Origin: an uncultured Chloroflexia bacterium
GTDB taxonomy: Bacteria; Chloroflexota; Limnocylindria; QHBO01
Direction of reading: 5' to 3'
NCBI GenBank assembly: GCA_963799675.1
Contig: CAWCXQ010000007.1
Span: 25,130 to 89,129, forward strand
DNA length: 64,000 bases
Position numbers and translations under genes: made by a program. Below the pieces are notes generated by a model. It made no database searches. It was given only the letters and a program-made list of their open reading frames with translations, and had not been told where the DNA came from. Below, one piece after another: positions 1 to 9,741 of this stretch; position 1 is the stretch's first letter, and the number at the start of each line of letters is the position of its first letter.

Positions 1-132
1 GCGAGATCCGGTGACGGGCGGAGGCACGGTCCGCGCGAACAGCTGTGATTGGCCCCCTAGCCTAGCAGCCAGCGCCAAGCGGCGATACCCACGCGGCTTG
101 GCCTGCGGAGACGGCCGCTAGAATCGGGCGCG

Positions 133-1191
133 ATGCCAGAGGCCTTCAACCTCGACGACTTCGAGGGGATCGCGCGAGGGCGCATGGCGCCCGAGCATTT
201 CGACTACGTGGCCGGCGGGGCCGGCGAAGAGCGCAGCCTGGCGGAGAATCGCGCGGCCTTTCGGCACTACCGGCTGCGCCCCCGGATGCTGGTCGACGTC
301 TCGACGGTCGAGCCGAGGACCAGCGTGCTGGGCACGCCGATCGCCCTGCCGGCGGCTATCGCCCCGATGGCCATGCAGGCGCTCGCCCATCCTGACGGAG
401 AGCTGCCGATTGCCCGTGCAGCCGCCGCGGAGGGCGTCCTCTACTGCCTCTCGACCGTATCGAGCCGCTCGCTCGAAGAGGTCGCCGAGGTCTCGTCCGG
501 GCCGCGCTGGTTCCAGCTCTACGTCAACGACCGCTCGCAGGCGCGTCGGCTCGTCGAGCGGGCGGCGGCTGCGGGGTACAGCGCGATCGTCCTGACCGTC
601 GACCTGCCCGAGCTGGGCTACCGGGAGCGCGACCTGCGGAACGGCTTTGAGCTCGCCGGACCATGGGGGAATTTCCCCCCTGATGAGCCCGAGGGCCTCG
701 ACGACCTGCTCGACATGCGCGGCGTCGCGCTCACGTGGGCCGATCTTGCCGAGATCCGCTCGTGGAGCTCGCTGCCAGTGGTCCTGAAGGGAATCCTCAC
801 GGCGGAGGATGCGCGGCTCGCCGTCGAGCACGGGGCCGGTGGGATCGTGGTCTCGAACCATGGCGGACGGCAGCTCGATGCGGTCGTCGCGCCGCTCGAT
901 GCCCTGGGCGAGGTGGTGGACGCCGTCGGCGACCGAGCCGAGGTGTATGTCGACGGCGGGATCCGCCGAGCCACCGACGTGCTGGTCGCGCTTGCGCTCG
1001 GTGCACGAGCCGTCTTCATCGGCCGGCCGTTCTTCTACGCGCTCAGCCTCGGGGAGGAGGGGGTTGCCCGCGCCCTCGCCATCGTGCGGCAGGAGCTCGA
1101 GCTGGCCATGGCGCTGCTCGGGACCCCGTCGCTCGATCGGATCGGTCCGGAGCACGTGAGACGCGACGCTAGAATCGGCGACGATGCCTGA
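133..1191 (+). CDS. FMN-dependent alpha-hydroxy acid oxidase/dehydrogenase (lactate/glycolate oxidase family)
   Basis: Motifs [34 protein letters not shown] and DGGIRR; TAGAAT lies 8 nt before the ATG. Confidence 0.92.
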   Translation: MPEAFNLDDFEGIARGRMAPEHFDYVAGGAGEERSLAENRAAFRHYRLRPRMLVDVSTVEPRTSVLGTPIALPAAIAPMAMQALAHPDGELPIARAAAAEGVLYCLSTVSSRSLEEVAEVSSGPRWFQLYVNDRSQARRLVERAAAAGYSAIVLTVDLPELGYRERDLRNGFELAGPWGNFPPDEPEGLDDLLDMRGVALTWADLAEIRSWSSLPVVLKGILTAEDARLAVEHGAGGIVVSNHGGRQLDAVVAPLDALGEVVDAVGDRAEVYVDGGIRRATDVLVALALGARAVFIGRPFFYALSLGEEGVARALAIVRQELELAMALLGTPSLDRIGPEHVRRDARIGDDA

Positions 1192-1933
1192 GCCCGCGCT
1201 CCCCTCCAACGTCCATGTCAGCCACCATCCGCTGGTCGCCCACAAGCTGAGCCTGCTGCGCGGCACGGGGACCGATACGAAGCAGTTTCGGGAGCTCGTC
1301 CGAGAGCTCTCCTGGCTGCTCGGCTACGAGGCCATGGCGGATCTGGAGACGACGGCCGCGCCGGTGACCACGCCCCTCGAGGAGATGTCGGGCGAGCGCC
1401 TCGGCCCGAAGGTTGGGCTGGTGCCGGTGCTGCGCGCCGGCCTCGGAATGGTGGATGCGATGCTGGAGCTGCTCCCGGCCGCGCAGGTCTGGCATCTTGG
1501 CCTCTATCGGGACGAGCGCACCTTGAAGCCGGTCGAGTACTACAACAAGCTGCCGGACGCGGCCACGGTGCAGGTCTGCCTGATCCTCGATCCGATGCTC
1601 GCCACCGGCGGCTCCGCATCGGCCACGGTCGACATCCTCAAGGCGTGGGGCGCGGCGCGCATCAAGCAGGTCTCACTGATCGCGGCGCCGGAGGGGATCG
1701 CGACCCTCTCGACCGCGCACCCGGACGTCGACATTCACGTGGCCGCGGTCGACCGGGAGCTGAACGAGCGGGGCTACATCGTGCCGGGCCTGGGCGATGC
1801 CGGGGATCGCCAGTTCGGTACCTTCTCCGGGCCGGCCTCCGAGCCAGGCCACGGACCGGACGAGGAGACGGCCGAGGTGGTTCGCCGCCTGCAGCAACGA
1901 AACGTCCCGAAGGAACGTCCGCCAGTCCGTTGA
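1184..1933 (+). CDS. upp: Uracil phosphoribosyltransferase with a C-terminal extension of about 35 aa
   Basis: [32 protein letters not shown] and [17 protein letters not shown] are typical UPRTase motifs. Confidence 0.95.
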   Translation: MPEPALPSNVHVSHHPLVAHKLSLLRGTGTDTKQFRELVRELSWLLGYEAMADLETTAAPVTTPLEEMSGERLGPKVGLVPVLRAGLGMVDAMLELLPAAQVWHLGLYRDERTLKPVEYYNKLPDAATVQVCLILDPMLATGGSASATVDILKAWGAARIKQVSLIAAPEGIATLSTAHPDVDIHVAAVDRELNERGYIVPGLGDAGDRQFGTFSGPASEPGHGPDEETAEVVRRLQQRNVPKERPPVR

Positions 1934-2088
1934 TGCAATCTCTGGAGCTGTTGGTCGCCCCTCCGGGACACCAAGAGAATAGGGGCGGGCCGGCAGGCAC
2001 CACAACCCCGGTTATCCCCGAGATCGGGCGCCGGCTGGGTAGTTCTCCACATCGAATCCCCAGCGGCACTCTCTCCAGGTAGGCTGAC
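1921..2088 (+). ncRNA. ssrS: Candidate 6S RNA (rod-like RNA with central bubble)
   Basis: Intergenic. Closing stem ctggag(1942-47)/ctccag(2073-78), tgttg/cggca, cagtc/ggctg; inner gagaa/ttctc and gccggc/gccggc stems. The ends (TCTCTGGAGCTGTTGG ... CAGCGGCACTCT) resemble my recollection of 6S consensus; no covariance model was run. Confidence 0.5.
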
Positions 2089-2093
2089 GTCGA

Positions 2094-2525
2094 ATGCCGA
2101 AGGACGCACCAGGCCGCGAACGGGTCATCTTCCTCTGCACTCACAACAGCGCTCGGTCGCAGATGGCCGAGGGGATGCTGCGGGCATGGGCGCCCGCAAG
2201 GTTCGAGGCGTTCAGCGCGGGCACCGTCCGGACGGCGCTCCGGCCCGAAGCGGTCGACGCGATGCGGGAGATCGGGATCGATATCGCCTCGCAGCAGAGC
2301 AAGTCGATCGACCAGCTCGGCGGCCGCAGCTTCGACCGTCTCGTGACGGTCTGCGACGAGGCGAGGGAGGCCTGCCCGACGCTGCCCGGCGTGCGACGGC
2401 AGGAGCACTGGCAGATCGACGACCCGTCCGCGGTGGGTGGCAGCGCCGAGGAGCGGATGGCCGCCTTTCGCCGCGCCCGCGACGATCTCGCCGAGCGCGT
2501 TCGCGGTATCGCGGAGGGCGGCTAG
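2094..2525 (+). CDS. arsC: Arsenate reductase, thioredoxin-coupled LMW-PTP family
   Basis: P-loop FLCTHNSARSQMAEG and resolving cysteines VTVCDEAREACP. Confidence 0.88.
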   Translation: MPKDAPGRERVIFLCTHNSARSQMAEGMLRAWAPARFEAFSAGTVRTALRPEAVDAMREIGIDIASQQSKSIDQLGGRSFDRLVTVCDEAREACPTLPGVRRQEHWQIDDPSAVGGSAEERMAAFRRARDDLAERVRGIAEGG

Positions 2526-2529
2526 CGCC

Positions 2530-2554
2530 GGCGCCGCGCGGGACGACCGGCGCC
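2530..2554. terminator. GC hairpin between convergent arsC and the Cys-rich peptide gene
   Basis: ggcgccg(2530-36)/cggcgcc(2548-54) stem; no poly-U tract. Confidence 0.35.
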
Positions 2555-2569
2555 AGCCGGGGGTTCAGC

Positions 2570-2629
2570 TCAGCAGCAGCCGGTCCTGCAGCAGTCGCCG
2601 CAGCACTCGCAATCGCATTCGGATCGCAT
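2570..2629 (-). CDS. 19-aa cysteine-rich metallothionein/phytochelatin-like peptide MRSECDCECCGDCCRTGCC (not in the ORF track)
   Basis: ATG CGA TCC GAA TGC GAT TGC GAG TGC TGC GGC GAC TGC TGC AGG ACC GGC TGC TGC TGA; ideal SD AAAGGAGGTG (GGAGG 8 nt before ATG); divergent from arsR. Confidence 0.8.
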   Translation of the reverse strand: MRSECDCECCGDCCRTGCC

Positions 2630-2648
2630 CGCGCCCACCTCCTTTCCG

Positions 2649-2700
2649 CGCTACACTATATCGATCAGTGTCAATATAGACAATCGCTGATATAGTAGCG
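2649..2700. promoter_or_regulatory. ArsR/SmtB operator and divergent promoter region
   Basis: AT-rich imperfect palindrome cgcta..ctatatc..tgtc-aatata-gaca..gatatag..tagcg; TATAGT (2691-96) lies 7 nt before the arsR ATG. Confidence 0.7.
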
Positions 2701-2703
2701 GCG

Positions 2704-2991
2704 ATGAAGACCGCTGACCCCGACGTTCTCCTTCTCTCTGCGCTCGCCGATCCCACGCGCCTCGAGATCGTGCGGCAGCTCGCCGCCGGCGGCGCCTGCG
2801 CCTGCGACTTCACCGATTGCTGCGGCGTCAGCCAGCCGACCATCTCGCACCACCTGAAGGTCCTGCGCGACGCGGGCGTGGTGCAGAGCGAGCGGCGCGG
2901 CACGAACATCTACTACTCGCTGGCGCCCTCGGTCGGTGGACGGTTCGCGGCGATCGGGGCCAGCCTGGCGGGACTCGTCCACCTGGGCTGA
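2704..2991 (+). CDS. arsR: ArsR/SmtB family metalloregulator
   Basis: ALADPTRLEIV, alpha3 CACDFTDCC, SQPTISHHLKVLRDAG, RRGTNIYY. Confidence 0.92.
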   Translation: MKTADPDVLLLSALADPTRLEIVRQLAAGGACACDFTDCCGVSQPTISHHLKVLRDAGVVQSERRGTNIYYSLAPSVGGRFAAIGASLAGLVHLG

Positions 2992-3012
2992 TCGCGCGCT
3001 ACCCTTCGTGCG

Positions 3013-3516
3013 GTGAGCCTCACCGTCGCGTTGTGCCCGCACTGCGCGCGTCCGACCGAGCAGCCGTTGGTCTGCGCGCGGTGTGCGTGGCGCTGGTACG
3101 CGAATCCGAAGCCAGCCGCCGGAGTGATCCTCGAGCGAGATGGGTCGGTCCTCCTCCTGCGTCGGGCGGTCGAGCCCGGGATGGGCGCCTGGGACCTGCC
3201 GGCCGGATACCTGGATCCGGGGGAGTCCCCGGAGGAGGCTGCGCGGCGCGAGACGCGCGAGGAATCGGGCCTGGAGGTGGAGCTCGTGCGACTGGTGGGG
3301 GTCTACACCAGCCGCCCCGGCAACGCTGTCGCGTGCATCTACCTGGCGCGGCAGGTCGATCCATCGGCCGCGGTCCGGCTGGACGCAGAGTCGAGCGAGT
3401 ACGCATGGGTCGAGAGCGCACGGCTGCTCGACTGGCTGCCGCGGCTGGCATTCGGATCGATGGCCGCCGCGCTCTCCGACTGGCGCGCCAATCGGTCGGG
3501 TGAGCCGCAGTCCTGA
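3013..3516 (+). CDS. Zinc-ribbon Nudix hydrolase
   Basis: CPHC..CARC ribbon; Nudix box [22 protein letters not shown]. Confidence 0.88.
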   Translation: MSLTVALCPHCARPTEQPLVCARCAWRWYANPKPAAGVILERDGSVLLLRRAVEPGMGAWDLPAGYLDPGESPEEAARRETREESGLEVELVRLVGVYTSRPGNAVACIYLARQVDPSAAVRLDAESSEYAWVESARLLDWLPRLAFGSMAAALSDWRANRSGEPQS

Positions 3517-3566
3517 GGCGCAATCGCGCTGCGCTACACTCGAAAATACCGCCCCACTGGAGAGAG

Positions 3567-4559
3567 ATGCCGGACTCCGACGTGAAGGTTGCCGTCACCG
3601 GCGCTGCCGGGCAGATCGGCTATGCGCTCCTCTTTCGGATCGCCTCGGGGCAGATGTTTGGCCCCGACGCGACGATCGATCTCCAGCTACTCGAGCTCGA
3701 GCAGGCACTGCCGGCCCTGGATGGGGTCCGGATGGAGCTCGAGGACTGCGCCTTTCCGCTGCTCGGCAGCGTGACCACCACGTCGGTTGCGGACGAAGCC
3801 TTCGAGGGCGCGAACTGGGCACTCCTGGTCGGCGCCGTGCCGCGCAAGGCCGGCATGGAGCGCAACGACCTGCTGACGATCAACGGCGGCATCTTCACGA
3901 GCCAGGGCAAAGCGATCGCCGCGCACGCGGCGGATGACGTCCGGGTCCTGGTGGTCGGCAATCCATGCAACACGAACTGCCTGATCGCCGCCGCAAATGC
4001 GCCCGCGCTTCCGCGCGAGCGCTGGTTCGCGATGACGATGCTCGACGAGAGCCGGGGTCGGACGCAGCTTGCCCGCAGGGCGGGATCCCCCGTGGGCGAC
4101 GTGCGCGACCTCGCCATCTGGGGCAACCACTCCAGCACCCAGTTTCCCGACGCCTACCACGCCACGATCGGCGGGCGCCCGGCGGCCGACGTGATCGGTG
4201 ACGAGGCCTGGCTGCGCGGCGACTTCATCACCAGCGTGCAGCAGCGTGGTGCGGAGATCATCAAGGCCCGCGGCCAGTCCAGTGCGGCCTCGGCCGCGAA
4301 CGCGATCATCGACACGGTGCGGAACGTCACCCAGCCGAGCGGCGAGATCTTCTCTGCCGCCATCCCCGCACCGGCCGATGGCGCCTACGGCGTGCCCGAG
4401 GGAATCGTGTTCGGCTTCCCGCTGCGCGCCGCGGCCGACGGCGCGGTCGAGATCGTGCAGGGAATCGAGCATGGGGACTGGGCCCGCAGCAAGATCGACA
4501 CGTCGCTCGCCGAGCTGCTCGAGGAGCGCGATGCCGTGCGCGAGCTGATCGCCCGATGA
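3567..4559 (+). CDS. mdh: Malate dehydrogenase
   Basis: [41 protein letters not shown]. Confidence 0.96.
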   Translation: MPDSDVKVAVTGAAGQIGYALLFRIASGQMFGPDATIDLQLLELEQALPALDGVRMELEDCAFPLLGSVTTTSVADEAFEGANWALLVGAVPRKAGMERNDLLTINGGIFTSQGKAIAAHAADDVRVLVVGNPCNTNCLIAAANAPALPRERWFAMTMLDESRGRTQLARRAGSPVGDVRDLAIWGNHSSTQFPDAYHATIGGRPAADVIGDEAWLRGDFITSVQQRGAEIIKARGQSSAASAANAIIDTVRNVTQPSGEIFSAAIPAPADGAYGVPEGIVFGFPLRAAADGAVEIVQGIEHGDWARSKIDTSLAELLEERDAVRELIAR

Positions 4560-5866
4560 GCCACGAGATGCTGGTGCGCAGCGAGACAGTCACCATCGGT
4601 CTGGACGGCAAGCAGGTCGAGCTGCCGGTCGTGACCGGCACCGAGGGCGAGCGGGCCATGGAGATCGGCCAGCTGCGCGCCGAGACCGGCCTCGATCACG
4701 CTCGATCCGGGCTATCGGCAGCACCGGATCCTGCACGAGCGCGATCACCTATCTCGACGGAGAGCGCGGCATCCTGCGCTACCGGGGCTATCCGATCGAG
4801 CAGCTGGCAGAGCGCTCGAGCTTCCTGGAGGTCGCGTACCTGCTGATCTACGCGGAGCTGCCGACCAGGGCGGAGCTGGATCGGTTCACGGCGAACGTGA
4901 TCCATCACACCCTGATCCACGAAGAGATGCGCCGCTTCTTCGACAGCTTCCCGTACGACGCGCACCCGATGGCGGTGCTGGCGGCCGGCACGGTCGGCCT
5001 CTCCACCTTCTACCAGGACAGCCACGATCCATTCGACGATCAGGCGGTGGAGATCACCATCAACCGCCTCCTCGCCAAGCTGCCCACGCTGGCTGCGTGG
5101 GCCTACAAGAAGGCGATCGGCCAGCCCTACGTCTACCCACAGAACGACCTCGGCTATGCGGCCAACCTGCTGCACATGATGTTCGGCGTGCCGGCCGAGC
5201 CCTACGAGGCGGACCCCGAGGTCGCGCGCGCGCTCGATCTGCTCCTCATCCTGCACGCCGATCACGAGCAGAACTGCTCGGCCTCGACGGTGCGCATGGT
5301 GGGAAGCAGCCACGTCAACCTGTATGCCTCGATTTCGGCGGGGATCAGCGCCCTCTGGGGCCCGCTCCATGGCGGCGCCAACGAGGCGGTGATCAACACC
5401 CTGGAACGGATCGTGGCCGATGGCGGCAACGTTCAGAAGTACGTCGACCGCGCCAAGGACCCGAATGACTCGTTCCGCCTCGCCGGCTTCGGGCATCGGG
5501 TCTACAAGAACTTCGATCCGCGAGCGAAGATCATCAAGGCCGCCACGGATCGCGTCCTCGCCGCCACCGGGGCAGACGAAAAGCTCTTCGACGTGGCCCG
5601 GCGCCTGGAGGAGGTCGCGCTGCAGCGACGACTACTTCGTGGAGCGCAAGCTCTACCCGAATGTCGACTTCTACTCCGGGCTCATCTACCGGGCGATAGG
5701 GTTCCCCAAGAACATGTTCACGAACTGCTTCGCCATCGGCCGCCTGCCGGGGTGGATCGCGCAGTGGAAGGAGATGACAGAGTCGCACGAGACGCGCATC
5801 GCTCGGCCGCGCCAGATCTACACGGGCCCGACGGCGCGGGACTACACCACCATCGAGCAGCGCTGA
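4556..5866 (+). CDS. gltA: Citrate synthase (type II), split by indels near 4700 and 5625
   Basis: [38 protein letters not shown] and YPNVDFYSG appear across shifted frames. Confidence 0.93.
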
Positions 5867-5901
5867 GCGTGCTGACAGCTCGCGTTCGGGCCACCTGACC
5901 G

Positions 5902-6683
5902 ATGCGCCTCACCGTGCTGGGCCGTTCACCGGCCCGCCCAATCCCGACGAGGCGTGCGCCGGCTACCTGTTCGAGGCCGGGGGAACCAGGCTCCTGCTCG
6001 ACGCCGGGCCCGGCGTCGTGGCTCAGCTGCTCCGCCTGCACCATCCCGACGAGCTCGACGCGGTGGTGATCAGCCACATGCACACCGACCATTTCCTCGA
6101 CCTCGTGACCCTGCGCTATGTCTATCCCTGGCGCGACGAGGCGCGCCGCAAGCTGCGTGTGGTCCTGCCGCCCGGGTCGATGGACCAGATGCGCGACATG
6201 GCTCGCGGTGCGGGCTACCCCGATTTCTGGGAGAAGGCCTTCACGCTGGAGGAGCACGACGGAGAGCGAGCGTTCGAGGTGGGGGCCGTCCAGCTCGAGC
6301 CCGGCCCGACACAGCACTACATTCCCACCTGGGGCTTTCGGATCACCGCCCGAGGCATCGACGAGGACACGGCGCGGCTGTTCGTGTACAGCGCGGACAG
6401 CGCGCCATGCGAGCAGCTCGACCGGCTCATCGCGGGCGCCAACCTGCTGCTCTGCGAAGCCACGCTGCGCTCGCTCGAGGAGGACGCGACACCCCCCGAG
6501 CCCCGCGGTCATCTGCTGCCGGCGGAGGCTGGCGAGATCGCGCGCCGAGCGGGCGTCGAGCGCCTGCTGCTGACCCACCTGCCGGCCGGGCCGTCGGGCG
6601 CTCCCGAGGCGCGGGAGCAGGCGGCGCGTGCATTCGAGCACGAGGTCGGGATCGCGGAGCCGCAACGCAGCTACGAGGTCTGA
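5902..6683 (+). CDS. MBL-fold metallohydrolase (RNase Z/BN-like), indel near 5940
   Basis: MRLTVLGRS.., LLDAG, SHMHTDH, YSADS, CEAT, GHL, LTH. Confidence 0.82.
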
Positions 6684-6696
6684 TGGGCGAGCGGGC

Positions 6697-7236
6697 CTAG
6701 CCGGGGCTCACCCGGGCGCGGGCGATGTAGCGGTCCGCGGACCAGACCGCGAGCGCCCACAGCTGGCTCACGAGCAGCACGGCGACCACCAGCATGGCGT
6801 CGACGATCAGGACTCCGATCCCCGGCAGGCTTCCAAAGACGAGCACTGCCAGGAGGACCATCGCGACCGTGATGGCGACCATCACCAGGCCGATCTTCGC
6901 CGCCGTCCAGGCGAACCAGGCGAGCGAGTGCCCCTGGGCACGTCCCGCCAGCCACAGGATGCAGGGGCCGGAAGCACCCGCCAGCGCGACGTAGAAGCCG
7001 AGGCTCGAGAGGAGGCTGTCGACTCCCAGGCGCGTGCCTGACAGGATCCAGACGAAGAGCCAGACCCCGAGGAGTGCGCTGGCCGCGCCGATACCGATGA
7101 GCCAGGCGAGCAGGAGCGTGGCCGTCGCGCCGGAGAGTCGCTCGACGACCTCACCGTCATCGGTCTCCACCAGCTCGGTGGGGCTGTCGTCGGCGAGCTC
7201 TGGCGGCTCATCCTTGCCCCCCTGCCGTCCGGTCAC
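6697..7236 (-). CDS. Hypothetical 4-TM membrane protein
   Basis: Acidic N-terminus followed by four hydrophobic segments; fills the gap between known genes. Confidence 0.6.
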   Translation of the reverse strand: MTGRQGGKDEPPELADDSPTELVETDDGEVVERLSGATATLLLAWLIGIGAASALLGVWLFVWILSGTRLGVDSLLSSLGFYVALAGASGPCILWLAGRAQGHSLAWFAWTAAKIGLVMVAITVAMVLLAVLVFGSLPGIGVLIVDAMLVVAVLLVSQLWALAVWSADRYIARARVSPG

Positions 7237-7248
7237 GTGGGGCCGCGC

Positions 7249-8409
7249 CTAGCTCGCCGCGGGGAACGCGGCACCCAGGTCGGCGACGAGGTCGTCTGCC
7301 GCCTCGATCCCCACCGACAGGCGTACCAGCCCCGGCGGGACGGCGAGCGGAGAGTCGGCCACCGAGAGGTGGGTCATCGCCGCCGGCATCTCGATCAGCG
7401 ACTCCACGGCTCCGAGCGACTCCGCCAGCGTGAAGAGGCGTGTCGCCGCCACGAAGCGGCGGGCGCCCTCCTCTCCCGCCCGCAGCTGGAACGAGACCAT
7501 CGCGCCCGGAAGGCGCATCTGGCGCCCGGCAAGCTCTGCCTGGGGATGCGCCGGCAGGCCCGGATAGTGAACCGCCTCCACCTCGGGGCGGTCGGTCAGC
7601 CACGCGGCGATGAGCGCCGCGTTGGCGCAAGCCCGCTCCATCCGCACCGGAAGGGTGCGCAGGCCGCGCATGATGAGCCAGCAGTCGAATGGGCTCGGGA
7701 CCGCGCCCGCGGCATTCTGGTGGAAGCGCAGCTGCGCGACAACGTCATCCGAATTGGTGGCGACCAGGCCACCGATCACGTCCGAGTGCCCGCCCAGGTA
7801 CTTCGTGGCGGAGTGCAGCACCAGGTCGGCGCCCATCTCGAGGGGCCGCTGCAGGTACGGGGTGGCGAAGGTATTGTCGACCACGGTCGTCGCCCCGACG
7901 CCGGCGGCCAGCCGCGCCACCGCGGCGATATCGATCACCTTGAGCAGCGGGTTGGTCGGCGTCTCGACCCAGACCATGCGAGCCGGCGCCGGATCGCCCA
8001 GCGCAGCGTCCAGGGCGTCGAGGTCGCACAGGTCGACGGCGTCGGTCTGGACCCCGTATCGGCTCCAGACCCGGTGCGCGAGCCGCCACGTTCCCCCGTA
8101 CACGTCATTGCTCATCAAGAGCCGATCGCCCGGCTCGAGCAGGTACAGAACGTTCTGGGTTGCCGCCAGCCCGGATGCGTACGCGAGGCCGTGAGCGGCA
8201 CCTTCCAGCGCCGCGATCGCGGCCTCCAGCGAGCGCCGGGTCGGATTATCGCTGCGGCCGTACTCGTAGCCGAGTCGCGTGCCACCCACCCCATCCTGCT
8301 TGAAGGTGCTCGACATCTCGATCGCCGGGGTCACCGCACCTGTGCGTGGGTCTGGCTCCGCTCCCGCGTGCACGGCAAGCGTCTCGAATCGGTCGGTCAT
8401 CGGGCGCAT
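7249..8409 (-). CDS. Cystathionine gamma-synthase/gamma-lyase (Cys/Met PLP family)
   Basis: YEYGRSDNPT, WVETPTNP, VVDNTF, HSATKYLGGHSD, LAESLG. Confidence 0.92.
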   Translation of the reverse strand: MRPMTDRFETLAVHAGAEPDPRTGAVTPAIEMSSTFKQDGVGGTRLGYEYGRSDNPTRRSLEAAIAALEGAAHGLAYASGLAATQNVLYLLEPGDRLLMSNDVYGGTWRLAHRVWSRYGVQTDAVDLCDLDALDAALGDPAPARMVWVETPTNPLLKVIDIAAVARLAAGVGATTVVDNTFATPYLQRPLEMGADLVLHSATKYLGGHSDVIGGLVATNSDDVVAQLRFHQNAAGAVPSPFDCWLIMRGLRTLPVRMERACANAALIAAWLTDRPEVEAVHYPGLPAHPQAELAGRQMRLPGAMVSFQLRAGEEGARRFVAATRLFTLAESLGAVESLIEMPAAMTHLSVADSPLAVPPGLVRLSVGIEAADDLVADLGAAFPAAS

Positions 8410-8464
8410 TGTGGCACGCGGGCTGCGGCGGCTTCAGAAGCACGTCCGATGCACCGGAGGCACA

Positions 8465-8641
8465 GTGGAAGGCAAGCAGGAGTGCGAGCTGTGCGGCGAC
8501 CCAATCGCCGCTGGAGAGGCATGGATGGTCGCCGACGAGGGGGAATCGGAGCTGCGCGCGCATGCGGGGTGCGTGTACGGCGACGAGGCGAAGGCGGGTG
8601 AGCACCGAGGCTGGCAGCCGCAGGACCGCGCCGCTTCCTGA
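8465..8641 (+). CDS. 58-aa CxxC...HxxC zinc-finger-like small protein
   Basis: GGAGG SD (8456-60) then GTG; MEGKQECELCGDPIAAGEAWMVADEGESELRAHAGCVYG... Confidence 0.6.
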   Translation: MEGKQECELCGDPIAAGEAWMVADEGESELRAHAGCVYGDEAKAGEHRGWQPQDRAAS

Positions 8642-8645
8642 CAGC

Positions 8646-9741
8646 TCAGCCCGCGGCGAGGGTCCCGTCGCGCCGAACGACGAGCGAAGGGCGGGTGGCG
8701 CGCCAGTCGTAGTCCGAGACCGCCTCCCCCGCCCCGAGGATCCCCTGCTCGCGCAACCAGCCGTCGTTGTAGAGCTTCGCGAGGTAGTTGCGCCCACCGT
8801 CCGGCAGCACCACCACGAACAGTGCGTCCGGGTCGTCGAGGTCACGCGCGACCTGCAGTGCGGCCCAGAGCGCCGTCCCGCACGACTCCCCCATCAGGAT
8901 TCCCTCGCATGCCGTCGCAGCCCGGGCGGTGAGGAACGAATCCCGGTCCTCGACCCGCACGATGAGGTCACAGATCTCGGTGTCGTAGGTCGTCGGCCAG
9001 AAATCCTCGCCGATCCCCTCTGCCAGGTAGGGATGTGGCTGGCCGCCGGAATAGACGCGATCCAGCTGGATCGGCGCCGATGATCGTGAGACCCCGGTTC
9101 CGCTCCTTCAGGTAGCGCCCCGCGCCGGATATCGTGCCGCCCGTGCCGATCGCGACCACCAGGTGTGTGACCCGTCCACCGCTCGCCTCCCAGATCTCGG
9201 GCCCGGTGGTCGCCTGGTGCGCAGCCGGGTTCGCCGGATTGGAATACTGATCCGGCTTCCACGCGCCGGGCGTCTCGCGCGCCAGGCGGTCTGAGACCCG
9301 ATAGTACGAGCGCTCGTCGTCGGGAGCGACATCGGTGGGGCACAGGATCACCTCCGCACCGTAGGCCCGCAGCAGGGCCTGCTTCTCTTCCGACTGCTTG
9401 TCGGCCATCACGAAGATGCACCGGTACCCTCTCGCCGCGGCCGCCTGGGCGAGCCCGACGCCCGTGTTCCCGCTGGTCGGCTCGACGATCACGCCGCCCG
9501 GCCGCAGAAGGCCGGCACGCTCCGCCGCCTCGATCATCGGGAGCGCGATCCGGTCCTTCACGGAGCCGCCCGGGTTCATTGCCTCCAGCTTGGCGACCAC
9601 CCGAGGCCGAAGGCCGGCGGCGAGGCGGTCCATGGCCACCAGCGGCGTGCCGCCGATGGCCCCGGTCACGTCGGGCAGGACGCCCGGTCGGTCAGCCAGG
9701 GGAAGGCTCCGGGCCGGGCTGGGCCGCTGAGGCGAGCTCAT
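8646..9741 (-). CDS. Cystathionine beta-synthase / cysteine synthase family, indel near 9060; start approximate
   Basis: IGGTPLV, NPGGSVKDR, EPTSGNTG, DQYSNPAN, GTGGT; C-terminal part EGIL.GESCG and PDGGRNYLAK. Confidence 0.88.

Noticed and set aside
1870-2090. Partial resemblance to RNase P RNA or tmRNA (aataggggc, ccccggttat, ggattcga)
   Set aside because: Lacks GAGGAAAGUCC and the tRNA-like ends, and is too short; a 6S-like fold fits better.
2526-2572. UGA after Cys-Cys followed by a hairpin, as possible selenocysteine read-through
   Set aside because: No recognisable SECIS features and no sel genes in the window; the hairpin is better explained as a terminator between convergent genes.
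2565-2909. Track ORF on the minus strand overlapping arsR
   Set aside because: It is an arsR shadow; the SD-supported reading in this interval is the 19-aa Cys peptide in a different frame.
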